Shown: one piece after another, positions 53,203 to 64,000 of the stretch
Layout of the letters: each line of letters begins with the position of its first letter
Numbering within the stretch: the stretch's first letter is position 1
Assembly (NCBI GenBank): GCA_951406725.2
Contig: OX597817.1
Coordinates: 87,110,001-87,174,000 of the forward strand
Reading direction: 5' to 3'
Length of the DNA: 64,000 nt
Source of the DNA: Octopus vulgaris
Lineage: Eukaryota
Notes under the pieces: generated by a model
Told to the model about the DNA's origin: nothing
Seen by the model: only the letters and a program-made list of their open reading frames with translations
Databases searched by the model: none
Program-made: the position numbers and the translations under genes

Positions 53203-53240
53203 TCTTTCTGTTGAAGAGCGTAGGCTCGAAACGTTAAAGA
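53203..53240 (+). ncRNA. Minimal hammerhead variant in the Penelope pLTR
   Basis: tcttt-CTGTTGA-a-gagc-gtag-gctc-GAAA-c-GTT-aaaga. Core position A6 is replaced by U. Confidence 0.7.
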
Positions 53241-53338
53241 CTTGTTTTATTTATATTTCCTGAGCGCCATACTAATACAATTGTTTGTTTGTTTCCCACC
53301 TGCCTTCGTCTTTTGTCTATTTTCATAAAGCTTCCCGT

Positions 53339-53414
<76 letters not shown>

Positions 53415-53975
53415 TGTTGTGATAATCGTTGTTGGTTAGTTTATGACCCCGCAACATACCGGTTCGGCAGAAGTGCGATAGATTAAAAACCTCGCTTAAA
53501 AATAAGTACAGAGGTATATTTGTTTGACTGAAGCCTTGTAGGCGGTGGCCCAGCATGGTCACAATCCAATGACTGAAAGAATTAAATGATAAAAGATAAA
53601 ACTATTTGAATAAAAGATGGGTTAGATAAGTCTGGTAACCTTTGATCATATGCCTATTAGCTCAGAGCTGCTGCGTTGGGCTAAACAGCAAATGGTTTTA
53701 GCAATGTGAACAAGAATCCTGATAGAATCGATATCCTAAAGAATACAGCAGTGTACTAAAGAATACCATTTATGCTGTCAAAGAGGAAGTGAATTATTGA
53801 ACAGATAAATTTACTTTCCTGTATGCGCGCACAAACACATATAGAAATGCGTACATGACTATGTGTGTAGTTAAATGCAAAAACGTACATATGAGTTGAA
53901 ATATGGTATGCATGTATATCTGTATTTGTATGGTAGGTATGTATAGGTATAAATATATATATATGTGTGTGTGTG

Positions 53976-54010
<35 letters not shown>

Positions 54011-54045
54011 TTATCTATCTATCTATCTCTCTATCTCTCTCTCTC

Positions 54046-54119
<74 letters not shown>

Positions 54120-54236
54120 AAGGGGTTTGTATGATTGTGTATAGAGTAATATATACATGTATATATGTGTGTGTACATACATATATATATTTACATACAT
54201 ATATGTATATGCGTATGCATATGTACACATTCGTAT

Positions 54237-54271
<35 letters not shown>

Positions 54272-54279
54272 GCAGCAGC

Positions 54280-54332
<53 letters not shown>

Positions 54333-54816
54333 AAGTTATTGAATTTTGAGTTTCACGTTTACCTTCAATTCAGTCGTTTGAATGATCGGTAGCGTTAAAC
54401 TGCGAGTTAGATTCCCAAATGCTTCAACGTCTAATAAAATATACATATTCTACCTGATATATTCAATAGTTTTCGTTTGTAAAAACAAACGTTCCCCAAT
54501 CCACGAATTTCATTTCTTTCTTTCTTTTTTTTTTGTTTGTCGTAGATAAATAAATATTTATATAGGATATTGATAGACTCATAATTAGATATTCTCATAT
54601 GTAAATACACATTTAAGTCGATATACACAAGAGTATACATATATATAAATATCGATATACACATTCTTTCAAACACACAGATACCCACACATACAGTTAC
54701 AGATATATGTATACACGCGTGCGCGCGCAGACACACTCACTCACACATACATGCACACACACTCAAACATACACTCACTCGCTCACTAACTCTCTCTCTC
54801 ACACACACACTCTCTC

Positions 54817-54864
<48 letters not shown>

Positions 54865-55337
54865 TCATAGATACACGCGTGTGTAAAATCCATGATTACG
54901 GTTATTTCAGCGCATGTGCTTCATGTAGAAAATCAAAAAGTAATTGCGATTAAACGAAAGAATTTAAGTAGGGGAATTGCATCTATTGATCAGCTGGCAG
55001 CAGTTGGTTAAAGGTATAATTATGGTGTTCGGAGAATGATATCGAGATAAAAGCGGGGAGATAAAATATAGGATAGAGAAAAGAACGGTGTGTGGTTGGG
55101 TGCAGTCAAATGATAAATGAATATCATATAAAACAAACGGAAAGGAGAAGCCACCAGCCAGAATTACCATTTCAAAAATTTCTTCGAGCGGTAAATCAAA
55201 GAGAGGTATGTAAACATATTCCTAAACAGTTCTTTATATTTATCTAATTCCTATAACAAACTCACTCGGTTTTTGATCACAAATTTATCTCACATTAAAA
55301 GAAAATGAGGGAAAAAAATCAATGGATATATACACAA

Positions 55338-55404
<67 letters not shown>

Positions 55405-56577
55405 CAGGTTAACAACGTTAAATTCATGAATGGGTGTATAATTGTAGTTAATCTTAAATTCTAAATATGTCGGTGTGGTATGGTTGGAGAATGTTAATCT
55501 ACTACAAGACGAGTCCATGATAACATTTTCAATTCCCCTTTGTAAATCTGTTACTTGAGCTGCCAAATTTAAGCGAGAAAACGCATGAGTGTTACAAAAT
55601 CTCATCCTCTTCACTGAATATTTGTGTTTTTTTTTCTTAATTGTTACTACAAACGTGAAGGGAGCTTAATTTCCCAGTCGTTATTTGTTAATTAGTTGTC
55701 GTTATTTCTTAATTAGAGTAGAGGTAAATACACGCTGAATAAAGTTCCTAAGACGGTTTCAATTGCAAGTTCCCTGTATCATGAGACACGCATTATACAA
55801 CAGCTAAGGGACCAAGTCAGGTATCTAGAGCAAATCAGATAAGCGGGATCTAGTCCTGTACTCACATAAATACTGCAAGCTAACAAATTGTTCATCAATT
55901 GTAGTATTATTACTGATTAGAAGTCGAGGTGAGCCACTTGCGAGTTAAATGCTTTCGCTACAGACAGTGATCTGCTAGGTACATAGTAAAAACCACCGAC
56001 CACTTGGTAGATTGTAGGCTGTTAATCAAAGGCAATAGCTTTGCTCATTCATACTTTCCACAAAGGTCAATATTCCTTTTAACTCGCTAAATAATAATAC
56101 ACCTCACATCAAACACAACGCATACTGCCTCCACCTTTCTTTCATTCAGTCAGGTGTGTTTTATTACCAATGCTCTTTTATTGAATCTTTCACCAAAAGA
56201 AATTAATCTATTTATTATTCCCGGAATATACATTGTTTACTCTGTGTATTAAACTTTGTGAATTCGAATTAAACATTAGCCATATTAATCTCAATTCACT
56301 TGTTCATGCATCGAATCTTGGCGGGCCTGTGAAAGTTTTGCGTACAGTCGCTTCTCCTCCGAATACAAAACAATAGGAGATTTCTATGCTTGTGTATGAA
56401 ATACATTGTAAATTACTTATAAATATTAAGAGTCCCCACTGTTGTAATAAAAGGGATTTAGATTAAAATCTTAATACATATTTAATCCGTTTCACTGCAT
56501 GCCGTAGTCGAACTTCAGTATAAAAGACATTTAATCAGCAGACATGACACGATAGCGGGAACTATTTATGATTAGGG

Positions 56578-56625
<48 letters not shown>

Positions 56626-57121
56626 CATAGAAAGAGAGAAAGAGAGAGGGAGAGAAGGAGAAGGAGAAAGAGAGGGAGAGGTGTTAGAAAAAGAAAACAA
56701 TTACAAATAAAATGTAAACCACAAAACTAGAACTATTAAAATATCGAGCTTTGAACAGATTAACTGGTGGTGTGATTTATAATGTCCCTTTTTTAATGCA
56801 TGAACTAATTATCAACATAAATAGATTCAGAAGCCAATCCCTTCGAATATGGGGAGAGTTTGGTTAACCTCATATGTGTTTTGGACTGAATAAGGTGATA
56901 AGGAAAATAAATCTAAATATTGATTTTGGGGGTTCAAATATTAATCCTTCGAGTGTATCCCTCGTCGTCATCGTCGTTTTTGTTGTTGTAGTTATTGTTG
57001 TTAAATGGAATAAATCTAGAAGTATATTGCTTTTTTTTAGCTCTACATCTGCCCGTGAGAGTAGATATATGATCAAAGGCATAACAGCAGGGACCGTCCT
57101 GTCTTGCTTTGATATATCTAC

Positions 57122-57183
57122 CTAGCATTTCTCAACTTTTTCTTTGAGAATATCCAGCAACTGGCTTTTGTTTTCTTCAGCAA
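57122..57183 (-). CDS. Possible isolated short coding exon
   Basis: An acceptor-like tttgcctttcag is followed by AEENKSQLLDILKEKVEKC-stop in non-repetitive sequence. No homology recognised. Confidence 0.2.
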
Positions 57184-57884
57184 CTGAAAGGCAAATTTCA
57201 ATTAATTGAGAGTATTTTACATGCGTCTTTCAGTACATCACCACCTACCCGATTTATCTAGATTCATGTTTGTGGCCACTGGCTCATTTCTTTAGATCAA
57301 GGATTACATTATACATGTTCTCTTTTGTCAAAGTGTAGGATGTGACTAAAGGGGATTTGTTAACAATTTCGAGATGGATGCTACTTCGCTGAATAGATAG
57401 GAATTATGTTGTGCACAGTGGTAAGCACCGCAGGTTTCTGGTGAACCTAGCCTATAATCCATATTCTCTTCGCGTATGTATTCGCTTCGTTTACTCTCTT
57501 CTGACTCTTGGAACCCAGATTGGCGTCAAAAGTTACAACCAAATAATAGCAATAGGGCTGATCACTCACTGATCAATACATCTGATCGATTAAGATGATG
57601 CTAGATAACGATATATATCGCTTCAGTAGAGAAGAGGGATATAAATATCTCTTTAATTTAGTTTAATAGATGAGAGGTTAGAGATGATGAAGGTGAAACA
57701 AAGTAAAGGGTGATTGATTGCAATATACTTGTGTTTAGGTAATGTTAAACGGTATAAACTGAACAATGCCAGATAACTGATGTACCGAGTGATTAAATGG
57801 TACAATTTCCGTGCCGGACTAAAGGATGACAAGATGGTATCGTCTAGTTTGACATGGTGATAGGATCATTGAAAGACTAGCGAT

Positions 57885-58030
57885 TGTTCTGAGTTCAAAT
57901 TCTGCCGAGGTCGACATTGCCTTTCATCCTTTTGGGGTCGATAAATTAAGTACCAGTTACATACTGGGGTCGATTTAATCGACTGGCCCCCTCCCCCCAA
58001 ATTTCGGTCCTTGTGCATTGAGTAGAAAAG
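57885..58030 (+). mobile_element. SINE family 2, 5'-truncated
   Basis: gttctgagttcaaattctgccgaggtcgac... Confidence 0.78.
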
Positions 58031-58275
58031 ATAATAAATTACCGTAATGCGAAGATGGCACTTGTGTTTATTTTCAAAATTAACTTATGTACCAAAAAAA
58101 ACAAACAAAAAAAAAACACACACATACATCACCTCTCTCTCTTTCTTTCCGTCTGTCTGCCTGTCTTTCTCTGTGTAACTCTAGTTCTGCTTGTCTGTCG
58201 ATATGTCGGTCTGCATCTCACCGTCTCTCACAATACAAATACATAAATACACATATTTGCTCATACACACATACA

Positions 58276-58331
<56 letters not shown>

Positions 58332-58987
58332 AAGAAAGAGAGAGAGGGGTGGAGAGAGTAAATAAATAAGTGAATGAGCGAGTGAGATCTTGTGTTAGGC
58401 TACAAAAGAAAGTTAAATCGCGGAATACTATGTTGAGAATGGGTAAATGCATATATAAGTAAAATAAACAAGAATTATAAACCTGAATCATGGTTTTGTT
58501 CGTTCCTGTTCTTTATCTTATACTGAATATGAGATACTAAAGGTTTCACCTTTGTTTCCCGATTTCTAAATGTACTTTGAAGGGGTTGTGGTATTTTCCA
58601 AGAGGCGGTGATGAAATGTATTGTTATACTGGTGGAGCAAGGAGTTTTCTGTATGTCTTCTATTGTTCATTGATGTGATGTTGATACATACATAATGCCG
58701 TAAGTAAAGCAATCCCTCTAGCCTTCTCTACCTTTTAGAAGCAATCTTCCATTGGATCTTTTTACGCTGTTTCGTTGCATTACTTTACAATTATGTCCGT
58801 TGATGTTGATACCTTTAGAAAATACTTTTTACCCTGTTGTAACTCAACTAATGCTGCTTTTGTTGAAGAGCCCGTGGAATTTGTGACTGTTCAGCAATTG
58901 TTTTCCAAATAGCAAGAAGCAAGCATTTACACCTTTATATTGCCTAGTTCAACCCGAAAAACAGTTTACTACTTTTAAACCTGATGC

Positions 58988-59117
58988 TATCCATCCATCC
59001 ATCCATCCATCCATCCATCCATCCATCCATCCATCCATTCGCCCGTCCATCCTCCCGTCCGTCCGTCCGTCCGTCTGTCTGTCTGTCTGTATGTCTGTAT
59101 GCCTGTGTGTCTCTCTG

Positions 59118-59191
<74 letters not shown>

Positions 59192-59300
59192 CATCCATCC
59201 ATCCATCTATCTATCTATCTATCTAGCTAGCTATCTATCTCTCTGTCTCTCTCTCTCTATCTATCTATCTGTCTGTCTGTCTATCTTTCTATCTATTCTA
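58988..59300. repeat. Compound tetranucleotide microsatellite (ATCC/GTCC/GTCT/ATCT)
   Basis: Directly visible. Confidence 0.95.
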
Positions 59301-60280
59301 CTATACATACATATATACATATACACACGCATACATACATATTATAGATATAGATAGATAAATGTGCATATACATCCATCCATCTATCTCTTTATATATA
59401 CGTATATATGTATGTATATTCACATTTACATACACATACGCATGCACACGTATACATACATATTGCATGTGTGAACAAAGGCGTTATTGGACAACGCAGC
59501 TCAAATTGTGCTCTATCGTTTCATCAGTGTTCTACACACTCATACAACCAAACAAGCATGCGCTCGCTCAAACTTGTACACATGTATATTTGCGTTTGTA
59601 AGTCTCGTATATGTGTATGTTGTTCCACAGGTGTAAGAATACACGTCTATGTGTGTATTACTGAGAATATTACTATGATTTAGTTTTACTTTTTCATTTA
59701 AGGTTTGTCGTATTGCCTGCATAAACGTTATATTTTATATGGAACAATAAGATCCGTATGTCTATCAACATCTGAAGACATTGCTAGTCTTATCTTCGAG
59801 ACTAAATCACTATTGTGGAAATTTTATTGATGTTTTATTGAAGGCGAAAATCACGTGAATATTCTGTAACCGTTATCACCGGCTATCTCTCTATTGTATA
59901 TTTAATTTCATCGTGCTTTAGTTAATACTGTCTGACTGTTTTGCATTTTCTCGTACACTATTTCTTACTGTCTTTATCTGAATGTTTTCTTCTTACCTTA
60001 CAATAATTCTCTTCTTAAAGGTTTATCTTTATTTTTTGTTTGTTTGGTTATTTGTAAGTACCTTTACCAAATCTTAATCTATTTATTTCATAAAATTTTC
60101 ATATATATTTAAGAGATTTATTTTGACTTCTTAATGGTACAAGGCATCAGGTGCATGAATCTAAAGTTATTCTATCAAACCAATTTACTCAACACTCCAG
60201 GATGTGAACATTTTGCTTCACTCTCTCTATTTTTGCAACCATTTTACTTCTTTCCTTTCATCTGACTGTCTGTCTGTTTG

Positions 60281-60364
<84 letters not shown>

Positions 60365-62030
60365 ACTAACTCTCTCTCTCTCTCTCTCTCTCTCCCTCTC
60401 TCTCTATCTATCTATCAATAAATACATAGACACACATATATGTGTGTGTATTTTATATTCTTTTACTCATTTACTCGTTTCAGCTATGCGGGTTTCATCA
60501 TGCTGGAGCACCACCGTGAAAAGGAGCACCATGAGTGTACATATACATGCACACACACACGCACACACACACACGCACAGACACACACTCACACACACAC
60601 ACTGGAAAATCTACTCATGCATGTAATATTTTAAAGGAAAGATACGTTTCTCTTTTGTCACATTACAGGAATACGAAACGAAGTACTGAGGAAGGTAGAA
60701 GAAAAAAGAATGTATTGCAATGCGAAAAGCAGGTGGTTGGACGGATAAATAGGAAGGTGACAGAGTGGGAGCGAAAGAGACAGTGAGGAAAAACTTCAAG
60801 TTGCAAATATTAGAAAAAATCAGGACATCAGATACAGTTTATACGAAGATATGAAAAAGAACAAAAGAGGAGATGACGAAGTTGTGTAAATAAGAGACCC
60901 GAGGCAGAGAGATGAAACATGCCCTTGTATAGTAGAGAGACAGAATTAGAGAGGTAACATGATAAAGTAAGAGAGTTATTGACCGTGGGTGTTTAATAAA
61001 TAGAGTATTAGAGACGGGAAAACTGAGGGAAAGAGGAAGATTGAGAGGTAAGGGGAAAGAGAGACAGAGACAGAGAGAGTTCAGTTTGACATTGAGGAGG
61101 CCTCAGTTGAAGAGAAGTGATTCTGATTGAGAGAAAAAGTAATGGAAGTACACACACACACACTCACATACACATGCTTACAAGGAGGGCTGAAAAGTTT
61201 GTGGTTTTATGGGTATCGCGAAAACCTTGGTTGGAAGTCTAGCCTTTCGAGTTCCTTTACAGGGCTTAGAAAACTGTAGTGGGAAAGGTGCAGCAAAAGA
61301 TGTTGAGGTAGCAGATGAAATAGGCATGTGGACGACATCAAAGCAAAACAATGGGAAAGCATCGAATGGTGGTTTAAATAATTTATTTAATCGACATTTA
61401 CGTGTTGTATACACCAGACATTACCAACTCGTTTCGAGTAGGGAAAGAAGAAAATAAACAAGGGAAATACTGTGTCGATATGACGAGGTAGAACCGGGCA
61501 TATTTAGTGTCTGTGTGTGCGTTGGTCATTCGGTGGAGTCTGAATATGTGGTTCTATGTTGGTAACTTGATTGGCGCAAGTTACTCGTTGGCTGTCTCAC
61601 CTGGTGATGGCTATCTCCTTTGTCGTATGTCTGACTGTATTTATAATAATTATGACAGCTAGAAGGACGGACACACCACAGGAGTAATTTCTACCTATGT
61701 AGGTTGCCTCCTGTCCACTTGAACCTTAAATGACACGGCTCAGGTCGTAGGTCGTAGGGAAATCCATCCATCCCTTTTTGACAGGACAAAAAATTTTCTT
61801 TCGCACCTGTTTGGCCAGTGGTGGATCAGACGAGTGAGAATCCTTAGATTCGGTTTCGAATCTCAGATCGAAAAAAGGAAGTGTTAGTTTTTACAGACTG
61901 CTGTAATAAGTGTGTGAATCTGAGAAGGGAATATGTTGATTAAAATCAAAATTAACTGATCCTCTTATATTTTCTTTCACCGAAAGCCAGGAACCTTTGA
62001 GCACTATATCGTATGTGTGTGTGTGTGCGT

Positions 62031-62073
<43 letters not shown>

Positions 62074-62075
62074 CA

Positions 62076-63159
62076 CAGGGTGGCTCTAAAATGTGTGCAC
62101 ACTTTCACAGATGATTACTCAATTTACTTTCGTTTTTAGATTAATCCCTTAGAAATAATAATGAGGGGACAAAGACTAATCTTTGAACAAAGGGAATTTG
62201 TCCTAAAGTTCTACTTAAATTCTAAAAAACGCAGTCGATGTGCAAAAACAGTGTAAGAGGAAGTCATAAACAAATCCCTCGGCAACACCTACCGTAACTC
62301 GAATTACAGATGAACTTAAAGCAGATGGAACTGTCCACAATTTCCACAAGAACCGTTCCGCATTATCGTGTACATAGACGCGCCTACAAAGCAAGATAGA
62401 TCACCAGAAACGTAATGATAAGGTTCAAGGAAATACGTGCCGCAAGCTAGTTGTGAAATGTGAATTTCAAAATCAAGCGTCTTTCGCTTTTTGAGCCAAT
62501 GCCATTGGAAAAGTTACATCCCAAGAATAATCCATGTCCTCAATGAAGATGATCCGAACCAAAAAATTAAGTTTCGTAAGAGGTACTTGCCAAAATGTGT
62601 TGATGCAATCGCCGCAATTGACCATACTAAGTACCTGAGAATCTGCATATTATGGAGGGACATAATGTTATTTTACCAAGTGTTACAGTATGGTGCGATT
62701 TATCTGCAGAAGGATTAATTCGACATTTTTTGATAGTACTGTGACTGATCCCATTTACTTGAGCTTGCTGTAACAATGTATCATGTGAAGTATTCAAGAA
62801 CAACTTTGAAGATGCGGAGGTTAGTTCCAGCAAAAATGGTGGGAAGAGTTTCAGTAGAATACTCTCGGCGTTCACCGGTCTCACAACACTAGATTTATTT
62901 TCAGAGGGACGCTTAAAAGATAAAGCTCACGGTACAAATTTGGTAACAGTCGATAAATTTAGTGAAGCCGTTGAAGGAGAATACTCACAATACCGAATGA
63001 AATGTTTCTTGATGTTTGCGATTCCATTGCTTTGAGTTATTAACAGTGCCTGGAGCAGAACGGTCATCAGTTTGAAAGCAGGCATAATTAAAAAGTAAAA
63101 TTAATTTTAAAGAACATTCACTTCATAATCATTCTATGCGTGTGGTTTTAGACATCCTA
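62076..63159 (+). mobile_element. Heavily decayed Tc1/mariner-superfamily element
   Basis: cagggtgg.tctaaaa terminus with a weak inverted end. Remnant translations include LIFEQREFVLKFY, HVLNEDD and SPVSQH/LTTLDLF..GRLKDK. Confidence 0.55.
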
Positions 63160-63399
63160 TATATACACGTGTGTGCATGCTTGTGTGTGTGTGGATGAGT
63201 GTGTGTGTATGTGTGTGTGTGTGTGTGTATACACATATGTAAATTGATATACGCGCTTAGATTCCAATATATATATATATATATACAACTAGAAAACTGT
63301 TATAAAATAACCACCATAGGCTTACAGAAATATCTAATTCAGAAGCAAGGGCAACTGGTACAAATAGCCACAAAACACGAGTAAAACAAAAATACGAGA

Positions 63400-63910
63400 A
63401 AGAAGTCAGTGCACCTGACAACTATAATGAAAAAGAGGAGGCAACAAAAGTTGTAACACAACTGAAATCAAAACTGGAACAACAAAGTACTACGATAAAG
63501 CGATGGCAACAAAAGCCCTTACATGGCAAGTACTGGGATAAACTAAACAGAATAGAAATAGACAAAGTAAAAATCCCACAATGCCTGAGAAGCTTAGGAC
63601 TCAAAGCGTAGACTGAAGGATTTTTTAATTGCTGTACAAGATCAAAGTCTCCCCACCAGAAATCACTAGAAACACGCAATGAAGAAAAATACAACTGCAG
63701 AATATGTGGTTAGGGGAAGAAACAATAAATTATATTGATTCTGGCTGCCCAGTCCTGGTTATGAAGGAATATCTCCAGACACGACAGAGTTGTGACCTGT
63801 ATACACTGGAAGCTATTCCAACACTATGGAATGACAACAGAAAAAAGATGGTATAGGCACATCTCAGAAAATGACAAAGCAACCATAATCTCGGATACGC
63901 CAATACACAC
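63400..63910 (+). mobile_element. Decayed R4/Dong fragment (third lineage)
   Basis: RWQQKPLHGKYW...GLKA*TEGFLIAVQDQSLPTRN and CRIC align with the family A C-terminal region. Confidence 0.75.
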
Positions 63911-63915
63911 AAGTA

Positions 63916-63963
<48 letters not shown>

Positions 63964-64000
63964 CTAACGGGCCTGATACAGTTGGCAGAGATCATCAAGA

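Larger units (their letters stand above)
49573..53340 (+). mobile_element. Penelope-like element, Neptune type, near complete
   Basis: RT plus GIY-YIG ORF with two frameshifts, a C-rich 3' region, a pLTR with a hammerhead-like motif, and (TA)n on both flanks. Confidence 0.93.

Noticed and set aside
58500-58930. Possible LINE ORF1 remnant on the minus strand
   Set aside because: Multiple stops and no diagnostic motif that I could confirm.

Overview
Repeat-dense eukaryotic genomic DNA, probably intronic or intergenic. The SINE families and microsatellite load suggest an octopus or other cephalopod, which is an inference. No intact host gene is supported. The window holds R4/Dong-clade non-LTR retrotransposon copies (RT, CCHC finger, restriction-like endonuclease) sitting in (TAA)n tracts, a near-complete Neptune-type Penelope element (RT plus GIY-YIG), several Penelope pLTR-like remnants carrying minimal hammerhead ribozyme motifs, decayed Tc1/mariner, pogo/Tigger, hAT and ISL2EU-like DNA transposons, at least three tRNA-derived SINE families, a 4x173-bp tandem repeat, and a 3.1-kb duplication across a 100-N gap that is probably an assembly artefact. 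The most notable region is 30.7-38.0 kb, a (TAA)n landing pad with strand-coupled insertions. It contains two Dong families, three copies of a 557-bp non-coding element, and a ~500-bp non-coding element whose minus-strand RNA would fold into a ~160-bp hairpin capped by a type III hammerhead ribozyme. All calls were made by eye, so boundaries of decayed elements are approximate.
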